Shown here: piece after piece, positions 21,241-28,350 of the stretch
Position numbering within the stretch: the stretch's first letter is position 1
Layout of the letters: each line of letters begins with the position of its first letter
From: a virus
Taxonomy: Duplodnaviria > Heunggongvirae > Uroviricota > Caudoviricetes
Virus record (IMG/VR): IMGVR_UViG_3300023174_000034
Reading direction: 5' to 3' (one strand)
DNA: 64,000 nucleotides
Program-made: the position numbers and the translations under genes
The notes under the pieces: generated by a model
Databases searched by the model: none
What the model was told of the DNA's origin: nothing
Seen by the model: only the letters and a program-made list of their open reading frames with translations

Positions 21241-21479
21241 TTGATGTAGAAGTTTTATGCGAAACCTATGGGGTAATGAAAGAATACATTAGCTCAAAAG
21301 ATCGTCAGGCAGTTGCTGACCATGTGTTTAGTATTTTGAGTGATAGCGATGGCATCTCTGAAAAAGATCTCAAAGTCTTTGCAGGGTGCGATAGCTATCT
21401 ACAACGAGCCTGTGCCGACTACTTCGAGGACGACGAAGAAGTGGACGAGGATAACTTTGACGACGGCGAAGAAGACTAA
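21237..21479 (+). CDS. Small acidic hypothetical protein
   Basis: Coupled to uvsX. Confidence 0.6.
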   Translation: MIDVEVLCETYGVMKEYISSKDRQAVADHVFSILSDSDGISEKDLKVFAGCDSYLQRACADYFEDDEEVDEDNFDDGEED

Positions 21480-21932
21480 ATGTGGTATAACAAGGTAGTC
21501 CAAGATTTAAGCAACATTCCAGGATTTATCGACTACTACGAAGCAGAACTTTTTATTGCAAAAAAAGATGTGTCTGTGCATGGTAGAGTTGAACGTAGCC
21601 TAACGGATTTGCCCGGACTAACCGAGCATCGTTTCAATCAGCTACAAGAGATTGAAGCGGTGCTGGAATTCCTCAATATTCAGTTGCGGAAAATACGTAG
21701 AAAACACTTTCAAAAATATCTAGAAACCTATGCTCGTGCGCTGACATCACGTGATGCTGAAAAGTATGTGGATGGAGAAGACGAAGTGATTGACTTTGAA
21801 ACCATCATCAACGAAGTGGCACTGCTACGCAATCGTTGGCTAGGTATCTTAAAAGGGCTAGAAAGCAAAAACTTCATGCTGGGTCATGTGGTACGACTAC
21901 GCACAGCCGGAATGGAAGATGTCTCAGTTTAA
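21480..21932 (+). CDS. uvsY: Recombination mediator (UvsY-like)
   Basis: Helical 150 aa; ALTSRDAEKYVDGE, KGLESK pattern; context next to uvsX. Confidence 0.65.
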   Translation: MWYNKVVQDLSNIPGFIDYYEAELFIAKKDVSVHGRVERSLTDLPGLTEHRFNQLQEIEAVLEFLNIQLRKIRRKHFQKYLETYARALTSRDAEKYVDGEDEVIDFETIINEVALLRNRWLGILKGLESKNFMLGHVVRLRTAGMEDVSV

Positions 21933-22668
21933 CAACGCACATCAAAGTCATGACCATAGTATGTATGTGCTCGGATTGCTTAGAGAGCATGATACATTCA
22001 TGGAAAGTATCAGCTCTGTGGCCGACATGGGCGCAGGACAATGCTTGGACACACTATGGTGGGCCAATGCTACCACACGTGATGAACCACGTGAATCACT
22101 TGATCTAAAGTGTTATGCTGTGGATCGACTGCCACTCACAATAGACTTTGAGCCGCCCAAGAACTTTACCTATATACAGCGTGACTTTGAAAAGCCATGC
22201 TTGCCAACACCCGTGGATGTTATCTGGTGTCACGATGCGTTTCAATATGCAATCAACCCACTCAAAACCCTAGGAGTGTTCAACCAACAGATGAACACCA
22301 ACGGCATGTTGTACCTGGGTATTCCTGTGCTCACACATCATGTGTACGGTAAATGGCAAAGTGTGGCACAGAATTATCAGTACTATAACCACACGTTTCT
22401 TAACCTGGTGTACATGCTGGCCATCAATGGATTTGATGTCAAAGATGCGTATTTCCGCAAAGCAATAGATGATCCGTGGTTACATGCCGCTGTGTTCAAG
22501 GTCAGCGATGAATTGCTAGACCCTGCCACAACCAGCTGGTTTGAACTGGCAGATCGTGGGCTATTGCACGACAGCCTGGTGCAAAGCATACGGCAATTTG
22601 GCCTTGTGCGCCAACAAGATGCACTGTATACCTGGCTGGACAAAGCTCTGTACCGGATTGATCACTGA
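21919..22668 (+). CDS. Class I SAM-dependent methyltransferase
   Basis: VADMGAGQC, VDVIWCHDAFQY..NP...GMLYL. Confidence 0.75.
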   Translation: MSQFNNAHQSHDHSMYVLGLLREHDTFMESISSVADMGAGQCLDTLWWANATTRDEPRESLDLKCYAVDRLPLTIDFEPPKNFTYIQRDFEKPCLPTPVDVIWCHDAFQYAINPLKTLGVFNQQMNTNGMLYLGIPVLTHHVYGKWQSVAQNYQYYNHTFLNLVYMLAINGFDVKDAYFRKAIDDPWLHAAVFKVSDELLDPATTSWFELADRGLLHDSLVQSIRQFGLVRQQDALYTWLDKALYRIDH

Positions 22669-22696
22669 TGCATAAATACTCTTATTACGAGTAAAC

Positions 22697-24253
22697 ATGC
22701 GATACTTAGAACTATTTGAAAACCTAGATCAGCTAACCACTCCAGAGTTGGACTCAATGAAAAGCATCATTGCTGGCAAAATTAAGTTGTTGCCAGATGA
22801 TGATGCTACTGCAAAAACTCTGCGTGAAATTGAAGAACTACTACAGCACGTGAATGCTGGAGGACGCATGGGCATGATCAAAGGGCGTTTACAAAAGATC
22901 AATGATCCTGCTGTGATGGCAAGCCAAAAGAAACTGGCACAGTATTTGGCCAGCATGGAAGTGTCGCCCAAAGATCGCGATGAGTTGTTCAGCCTGTGGG
23001 CCGCAGACAAACTTGTAAACATTGATAAACTATTGAGTAAAAACTCACACACCTTCAGTGACATCTTCAATGGTTATGACAGTAATCCTGCCATCAAAGA
23101 GCTTGTGGATGATGTGATGGAAGAACAAGCCCTGGGCCAAGGCAAGGGCGAGTTTGGTCTAAACGTACTAAGCAAGAGCGTGAGTAAGCCCGGGAACTTT
23201 GTACAGAACCAAACAACTGATGTTGACGGCGATGGCGACAAAGAAGAAGCCAAAGGCGACTTGTTGGTCAAACTGGACAACAAGTGGATCAAAGTTGAAG
23301 TTAAAACAACACACGGCGGCGCCGCACGTTTCTCAGATCAAGAAGTACGTCCGGCAGAAGGCTACGAAGCCGCTGCCACTGCACTCAACCGTTTTGTAGT
23401 TGGATTCAGCAAGCAATCCTGGTTCAAAGAATTGTTTCCTAAAGGTGTTCCTGCCTACGGTGTAAACATGAACAAAGCAATGGCCATGTATCAATTGATG
23501 AAAGACGGCGAGTATGGCGAAAAGCTACTGTCTCAAGTTCAAAATCTGGTCACACTGATCTTTGGCGGCAAAAAAGCAGATGCTAAAATGGTTAAAAATA
23601 TCATGTCAAACTTCAAGGCCAATAATGCCAATGAAGTGCTACAGTTGTATTCGCAAGCAAGTTTCAACTACTACATGAGCAAAAAGGATGATGCTGGTGT
23701 ACTAAGTATCAACCTGAACAGCAAGGCTTTTGTGTTTTATTCTGATGCAAATGATCTCAAGAAAGCCAAAATGCGTTTGAATACAGACACAATTTATCTA
23801 AGTGCCAAAGATGCCAACCGCGGTGCATACCCGCAGTTGAGTGTTATTCCCACAACCTTTGGTGCAAATGCCAAAGCCAAAGCTGAAAAAGATGCACAGA
23901 AGCAAGCAATCAAAACAGCCAAAGCAAACCCAGTTGATGTTCCTAGTCTCGATGGCACCAAGAAACAACAGATCGAAGCCAAGGTATCTGAATTTGTTAC
24001 AAACGTGGCCACAGCCAAGGGTATCTTTGATCAGGACGCAATTGATGCTGCCACAATGCAAGCAGTAGATCTTATTGTACAAGGTGTACCCACTGCCAAG
24101 ATCAAATCAATGATCAACTCTTTGCTAACACAAAGTAAAGCAGCCGCAGAAGTTCCAGCTGAACCTGCAGAGCCGATACAACCCACGACACCACAACAGC
24201 CCATAGCGGCCACAACCAGACCGCAATTCCCAACACCCAGACCTGGCGGTTGA
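22697..24253 (+). CDS. Hypothetical late protein with possible PD-(D/E)xK nuclease core
   Basis: GKGEFGL..KGDLLV..VEVKT; ATAAATA at 22672. Confidence 0.5.
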   Translation: MRYLELFENLDQLTTPELDSMKSIIAGKIKLLPDDDATAKTLREIEELLQHVNAGGRMGMIKGRLQKINDPAVMASQKKLAQYLASMEVSPKDRDELFSLWAADKLVNIDKLLSKNSHTFSDIFNGYDSNPAIKELVDDVMEEQALGQGKGEFGLNVLSKSVSKPGNFVQNQTTDVDGDGDKEEAKGDLLVKLDNKWIKVEVKTTHGGAARFSDQEVRPAEGYEAAATALNRFVVGFSKQSWFKELFPKGVPAYGVNMNKAMAMYQLMKDGEYGEKLLSQVQNLVTLIFGGKKADAKMVKNIMSNFKANNANEVLQLYSQASFNYYMSKKDDAGVLSINLNSKAFVFYSDANDLKKAKMRLNTDTIYLSAKDANRGAYPQLSVIPTTFGANAKAKAEKDAQKQAIKTAKANPVDVPSLDGTKKQQIEAKVSEFVTNVATAKGIFDQDAIDAATMQAVDLIVQGVPTAKIKSMINSLLTQSKAAAEVPAEPAEPIQPTTPQQPIAATTRPQFPTPRPGG

Positions 24254-24278
24254 CACTAAGTCAACCCTAGCATATAAT
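24250..24278 (+). promoter_or_regulatory. Consensus sigma70 promoter for the upstream tRNAs
   Basis: TTGACA-N17-TATAAT, 8 nt before a tRNA. Confidence 0.88.
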
Positions 24279-24286
24279 ACACACTC

Positions 24287-24363
24287 GGGCCGATAGCTTA
24301 GTGTCCTAAAGCAGTGGCCTCATAAGCCATTGATCCTGGGTTAGAATCCCAGTCGGCCCACCA
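24287..24363 (+). tRNA. tRNA CAT anticodon, probably Ile2 (lysidine type)
   Basis: Cloverleaf, loop CTCATAA, G1-C72, C4/C5 acceptor pairs, CCA; atypical T-loop TTAGAAT. Confidence 0.8.
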
Positions 24364-24368
24364 AACAC

Positions 24369-24443
24369 CTGGCGTTAGTATAACGGATAATACAGTAAGC
24401 TTCTACCTTACGAATACGGGTTCGATTCCTGTGCGCCGGACCA
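24369..24443 (+). tRNA. tRNA-Arg(TCT)
   Basis: GTAAG-CTTCTAC-CTTAC anticodon arm; CCA. Confidence 0.88.
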
Positions 24444-24459
24444 AGACATAAGTAAATGC

Positions 24460-24927
24460 ATGGAACAAAAATCAAACCTTGCCAAGGGTAGAGACAGTTA
24501 TGATTCTACTAGCACAGGCGCAATGATTCCGTTTTTCAATCGAAACGTCACACCTTACCCAACAGAAGCAGGTGGTCCTAAGTTTGACCTTGTGCCTGTG
24601 ACACAGCAAAAAGATCTCATGATCAACCATGCCAGGATGTATGCCCAGCAAGAGTATGACAGGATCATGGAACTGGTAGTTGTGCTGGAAAAACAAGCAC
24701 AAGCCATCAAGCGTAGATTAGATATCACTGATGCAGTGCATGCCGCAGTATATCAATTCCAGCCTGTGATGGGCAATGTGTACTGGTTGGCTTGGGATAA
24801 ACGAAAGCAACAGAATATTTTAACACCAATGGGGCCAAATGACTGGTCAAGCTCTGCACCTGAAGACTATGAATACCAGGCACAAGTAAAGTACATGGGT
24901 GACCATACCTGGTTAGAAATTGAATAA
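24460..24927 (+). CDS. Hypothetical protein (DUF2452-like)
   Basis: PYPT..GGPKF, coiled coil, FQPVMGNVYWL, D.TW tail. Confidence 0.6.
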   Translation: MEQKSNLAKGRDSYDSTSTGAMIPFFNRNVTPYPTEAGGPKFDLVPVTQQKDLMINHARMYAQQEYDRIMELVVVLEKQAQAIKRRLDITDAVHAAVYQFQPVMGNVYWLAWDKRKQQNILTPMGPNDWSSSAPEDYEYQAQVKYMGDHTWLEIE

Positions 24928-24935
24928 AAACTACT

Positions 24936-25020
24936 GCGAGTATGGGGGAATTGGTAGACCCAGCGGACTTAAAATCCGCCGCCGTTAGGCGTACCGGTTC
25001 GACTCCGGTTACTCGTACCA
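24936..25020 (+). tRNA. tRNA-Leu(TAA)
   Basis: GCGGA-CTTAAAA-TCCGC; long variable arm; CCA. Confidence 0.93.
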
Positions 25021-25063
25021 ACTATAATATTTTGTATCCTAGTCCGACGATATAAGTAATTTA

Positions 25064-25240
25064 ATGTCAGAGACACATGCCCGTACAATCGTCCGTACAG
25101 TAAGTTATAGAATAACAGCCCTGCTGATCACAGCAATTTGGACTGGACTAGGTGATGCAATAGTGATCCATATAGTTCTAGCAACATTGCATTATGCCAT
25201 GGAACGTGCCTGGCTCAAAATACACTGGGGAAAACTATGA
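25064..25240 (+). CDS. Small membrane protein (DUF2061-like), not in the ORF track
   Basis: MSETHARTIVRTVSYRI...HYAMERAWLKIHWG; overlaps the next start. Confidence 0.75.
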   Translation: MSETHARTIVRTVSYRITALLITAIWTGLGDAIVIHIVLATLHYAMERAWLKIHWGKL

Positions 25241-26112
25241 ACTATCACTTGCATGAAAACGGCTGGACTGTGATCCTGGATGATTTTGACTTTGCCACAG
25301 CCACACAAGAAGATATCAATGAAATTGGTTGTTTGTTAGCAACCAATACCCTTGTAGTTGCTCACGACCAAAATCATCTCACAGTACAAGACGAAGTGCA
25401 TGTGGCACAAATGTTTGGCACAGTAGAAGATTTATCAGCAGTGGCAGATGTGCCACCTTACAATCATATCTTGGTACCAGGTAGTGGTAACAAAATGGAA
25501 CGGGTGACCGGTGAACTAGATGAACACGGACTGCCTGGCTTGTTTGGTCACGTGAGTGATCTTGATTGGCATTGCAATCAGCCAGGTGATCCTCAGCGCA
25601 AGCCACTAGTTTGGTTGTTGGGTGTGCGTGGTACCGAAGGTAGCAGGACCAGTTGGACCAACAACATCCTGGCCTACGATGATTTGAGCGAAGAAGAAAA
25701 GCAAACTTTTGCGGACTTTCGTATGGTGTGTGGTTGGAAACGCTACAGCTACAGCGAGTTTGACTTTGGTGGTGCCAAACAAGGTCGGCAAGAAGACTTC
25801 AACGAACACTACACACCAAATCTTGTGCATACCAACATTGGACGCAAGACAGGACTATTTTTTCCGTTTTTGCAATTTCGTAACTTTGTGGGGTTGACAG
25901 AAAGCATGAGCAAGCGCATAATACAAGACTTACGCGATCATGTGTTGCAAGACAAATACATTTACCATCATGACTGGAAGGATGGGGATGTAGTGATCTC
26001 GGAACAGTGGTTGGGAATACACAAGCGTTGGAAGTTCGATGGCATGCCTGATCGTGTGCTACACCGTACAACATTTGACTTTGCCAACTGCGATCTAAGT
26101 AAAATTAGTTAA
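25237..26112 (+). CDS. TauD/TfdA-family dioxygenase
   Basis: WHCN, TSWTN..AYDDLS, YHHDWKDGDVVI..Q...HKR...RVLHR. Confidence 0.82.
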   Translation: MNYHLHENGWTVILDDFDFATATQEDINEIGCLLATNTLVVAHDQNHLTVQDEVHVAQMFGTVEDLSAVADVPPYNHILVPGSGNKMERVTGELDEHGLPGLFGHVSDLDWHCNQPGDPQRKPLVWLLGVRGTEGSRTSWTNNILAYDDLSEEEKQTFADFRMVCGWKRYSYSEFDFGGAKQGRQEDFNEHYTPNLVHTNIGRKTGLFFPFLQFRNFVGLTESMSKRIIQDLRDHVLQDKYIYHHDWKDGDVVISEQWLGIHKRWKFDGMPDRVLHRTTFDFANCDLSKIS

Positions 26113-26155
26113 TTTGCAATTTTTTGCCATTTGACTAAATAAAACACAATAGAGG

Positions 26156-26184
26156 TTGACAGCATTGCTAAATATCTCTACAAT
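26156..26184 (+). promoter_or_regulatory. sigma70 promoter P1 of the leader/tRNA operon
   Basis: TTGACA-N17-TACAAT. Confidence 0.85.
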
Positions 26185-26238
26185 ACAAGACATACACAGC
26201 GTATAGTACGCTAGGTATCAAAAGGAAAAAGAAACAAA

Positions 26239-26379
26239 ATGAAATCGACATTCGTTCTCAACTGCAAACAGCATAGCCAAGCATATTCATTTATGCCGGT
26301 GGCCTTGTGGTCTGCGACTGAGATTAGTAATGATCGCACACTACCAGGCACCAAGGGTCCAGGAGATTCGCATAGTTAA
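26239..26379 (+). CDS. Putative attenuator leader peptide, 46 aa: MKSTFVLNCKQHSQAYSFMPVALWSATEISNDRTLPGTKGPGDSHS
   Basis: SD AAAGGA at 26221-26226; uses all 20 amino acids; 37 distinct codons among the first 40; its 3' end overlaps the antiterminator arm. Confidence 0.72.
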   Translation: MKSTFVLNCKQHSQAYSFMPVALWSATEISNDRTLPGTKGPGDSHS

Positions 26380-26414
26380 CACAAATTAACTCAGCAAACT
26401 CCAAGGACCCTAGG
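26351..26414 (+). promoter_or_regulatory. Antiterminator hairpin, mutually exclusive with the terminator
   Basis: CCAAGGGTCC-A-GGAG (26351-65) pairs with CTCC-AA-GGACCCTAGG (26399-414); apical AGTTAA/TTAACT stem contains the leader stop codon. Confidence 0.72.
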
Positions 26415-26442
26415 CTTAAAAACCCTGGGGTTTTTTGTTTTT
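26405..26442 (+). terminator. Intrinsic terminator (attenuator)
   Basis: ACCCTAGG-CTTAAAAAC-CCTGGGGT followed by TTTTTGTTTTT. Confidence 0.85.
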
Positions 26443-26454
26443 AGGATCATGAAA

Positions 26455-26731
26455 AGTGTGTATAGGGAACGCGACCCTGCTGGCACTATAAACATCGGCT
26501 ATAATGAGGGCGGCTTACCGGATGAGAAGTCTGTGGTGGAAACGCAGATGGTAAAATGGTAACGTATTAAAGCATTCTCTACCCGCGAGGGGACAAGTGG
26601 GTTCATCCATGTAGAGTGCTTTAATACCTGCATTGGATGGCCAAGCCTAACCGACTGTGAATCGGCAGGCGGCAGGTTGTGGACGCAACAACCAGTGCAG
26701 TAAAAACAAAGACCTTACAGCTTGTAGGGTT
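26455..26731 (+). ncRNA. Unidentified structured RNA region (series of hairpins)
   Basis: No credible ORF; stems at 26516-26562, 26564-26627, 26628-26700 and 26711-26731. Confidence 0.5.
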
Positions 26732-26744
26732 ATAAAAACAGAGG

Positions 26745-26772
26745 TTGACGTTTTCGCAAAAGATGTTATACT
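26745..26772 (+). promoter_or_regulatory. sigma70 promoter P2 (extended -10)
   Basis: TTGACG-N16-TATACT with TGn upstream of the -10. Confidence 0.65.
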
Positions 26773-26833
26773 TGTGGAACTGTAGCAAACATCGTGTTGC
26801 TAGAACAACTGCATACTCATGCAGACGAATACA

Positions 26834-26847
26834 GTTCATTAACAATC
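26834..26847 (+). promoter_or_regulatory. rrn-type boxA antitermination element
   Basis: GTTCATTAACAATC versus rrn boxA GCTCTTTAACAAT, just before the first array tRNA. Confidence 0.6.
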
Positions 26848-26861
26848 TGTTGTGACAAATT

Positions 26862-26946
26862 GCCCCGATGGTGGAATTGGTAGACACGCTGGTCTTAGAA
26901 GCCAGTGCCGAGAGGCGTAGGAGTTCAAGTCTCCTTTGGGGCACCA
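26862..26946 (+). tRNA. tRNA-Leu(TAG)
   Basis: CTGGT-CTTAGAA-GCCAG; long variable arm; CCA. Confidence 0.93.
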
Positions 26947-27153
26947 TATTAAAATGTATTAGAGGTTGTCAGCACCGCTAGGTGCTTGCACTGAGGATAA
27001 CTAGCTGACGGGCTGGCTCTGTGCAACGCACATGAAAGTTGAGGGGAAACCCAAGTATGACACGGTGGAGTATGCTGAACTGTAATGACGAAGCGGAAGT
27101 AGCAGGAGACGGTCCTGTGAGGTAAGTGGAGTTCCTGTAGTATGTTTTAATAT
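26947..27153 (+). ncRNA. Unidentified structured RNA closed by a 16-bp stem
   Basis: ATATTAAAATGTATTA / TAGTATGTTTTAATAT termini; internal hairpins. Confidence 0.5.
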
Positions 27154-27239
27154 GGAGATGTGGCAGAGTGGTTGATTGCAACAGACTGTAAATCTGTCCC
27201 CTAAAAAGCGCGGTGGTTCGAATCCATCCATCTCCACCA
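27154..27239 (+). tRNA. tRNA-Tyr(GTA)
   Basis: ACAGA-CTGTAAA-TCTGT; CCA. Confidence 0.93.
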
Positions 27240-27245
27240 TTTAAT

Positions 27246-27321
27246 GCACGGTTCGTCTATCGGTTTAGGACACTAGCCTTTCACGTTAGTAAGACGGGTT
27301 CGATTCCCGTACCGTGTACCA
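27246..27321 (+). tRNA. tRNA-Glu(TTC)
   Basis: CTAGC-CTTTCAC-GTTAG; CCA. Confidence 0.92.
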
Positions 27322-27325
27322 TTAT

Positions 27326-27401
27326 GCTTCGTTAGCTCAATTGGGAGAGCGCGACACTGTCACTGTCGAGGTAAGGGGATCGAAACCCCTACGAGGCGCC
27401 A
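27326..27401 (+). tRNA. tRNA-Asp(GTC)
   Basis: CGACA-CTGTCAC-TGTCG; G73; T-loop ATCGAAA. Confidence 0.9.
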
Positions 27402-27404
27402 AGT

Positions 27405-27627
27405 TTTGAGAGTGTCAGCAAGTACAGTCACGCTAATGAGGTTTCTTCGAAGGACCAAGTTAGTAAAAGGGGACGGGTTCAACTCCCGGCCGATCGCTTG
27501 AATGGGATCGGCGCAGATGGTTGCTAACTGGACAGGTACCCAAGTGATATCCATCGTGCTCGAGGTCAGGCTAGGCGGCCGGTAAGTCCTGAATAAATCT
27601 ACGATAAAAGCGGCGTAGGCTCTCAAA
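27405..27627 (+). ncRNA. Unidentified ~220-nt structured RNA with tRNA-like loops
   Basis: TTTGAGAG/CTCTCAAA closing stem; T-loop-like CGGGTTCAACTCCCG; 7-nt loop CTTCGAA. Confidence 0.55.
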
Positions 27628-27720
27628 TTCAATCTCACCCTTACATACATTGGTCTACCGCCACCGAGAGGTAGTTAAAGACAATGACAAGCAACAGCCA
27701 GTGTGTTTCAGTATAGCAAC

Positions 27721-27798
27721 GCAACGGTGGCAGAGCGGCCCAATGCACGGGATTGCAAATCCTGAAAACCACAGGTTCAAATCCTGTCCGTTGCTCCA
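27721..27798 (+). tRNA. tRNA-Cys(GCA)
   Basis: CGGGA-TTGCAAA-TCCTG; U73; CCA. Confidence 0.92.
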
Positions 27799-27803
27799 AG
27801 AAC

Positions 27804-28012
27804 GTTCTGCCCTAATCAGCAGATAGTGTGACCCGCACGATGAGAAGTGGTGTGATAGCCAAGGGTGGTAGTCTTCTTACCAAAAGGCCGCTGGCAATGC
27901 GAGAACGGAACCTGTCGGGAAGTGGGTGGAGGCCGTGCGTGATGAAAGACTAATTGGGGCAACCTGACCAAATTTCTGATGCGGTATAATTACCACCGGG
28001 GTCGCCGAGCAT
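27804..28012 (+). ncRNA. Unidentified ~210-nt GC-rich structured RNA
   Basis: Non-coding; multiple hairpins; GTGACCC/GGGTCGC and GGTGGTA/TACCACC long-range pairings. Confidence 0.5.
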
Positions 28013-28037
28013 TTTTAATTTAACATTGGAGAATGAC

Positions 28038-28058
28038 ATGAAACGAGGTAAACTCTAG
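28038..28058 (+). other. Mini-ORF MKRGKL* followed by a hairpin/pseudoknot
   Basis: SD GGAGA at 28028; stem 28058-28095 begins at the TAG. Confidence 0.4.
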
Positions 28059-28118
28059 TGTCACTCTAGGCATCCGTATGGTCTAGGGTTGGCACGTAAA
28101 ATCAAACGATACGTACAA

Positions 28119-28194
28119 CCCTGTGTGGCGCAGTTGGTAGCGCAACGGACTCTTAATCCGCTGGTCGTCAGTTCGAGCCTGACCGCAGGGACCA
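28119..28194 (+). tRNA. tRNA-Lys(CTT)
   Basis: CGGA-CTCTTAA-TCCG; CCA. Confidence 0.9.
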
Positions 28195-28197
28195 TAT

Positions 28198-28273
28198 GGA
28201 AGCATAACTCAATGGCTAGAGTACCCGGCTTTTAACCGGATAGTTGTGGGTTCGAGTCCCACTGCTTCTACCA
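28198..28273 (+). tRNA. tRNA-Lys(TTT)
   Basis: CCGG-CTTTTAA-CCGG; CCA. Confidence 0.92.
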
Positions 28274-28350
28274 TATAAAAACATACTACGCACGGTGAAC
28301 AGCCCGTCCCAAGGAACTTGAGAGGATAGTGTGTTTCTATATGGTATTAT

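Noticed and set aside
24369-24443. Amber suppressor tRNA (CTA) or stop-codon recoding
   Set aside because: The loop CTTCTAC centres on TCT (Arg). Genes read intact in code 11, and TAG ends real genes (29739, 47112).
26947-28012. tmRNA, RNase P RNA, group I intron or hammerhead ribozyme
   Set aside because: Diagnostic motifs (GGGGC..CCACCA ends with a tag ORF, GAGGAAAGUCC, a CUGAUGA/GAAA core in the right geometry) were not found by eye. An Rfam scan is still needed.
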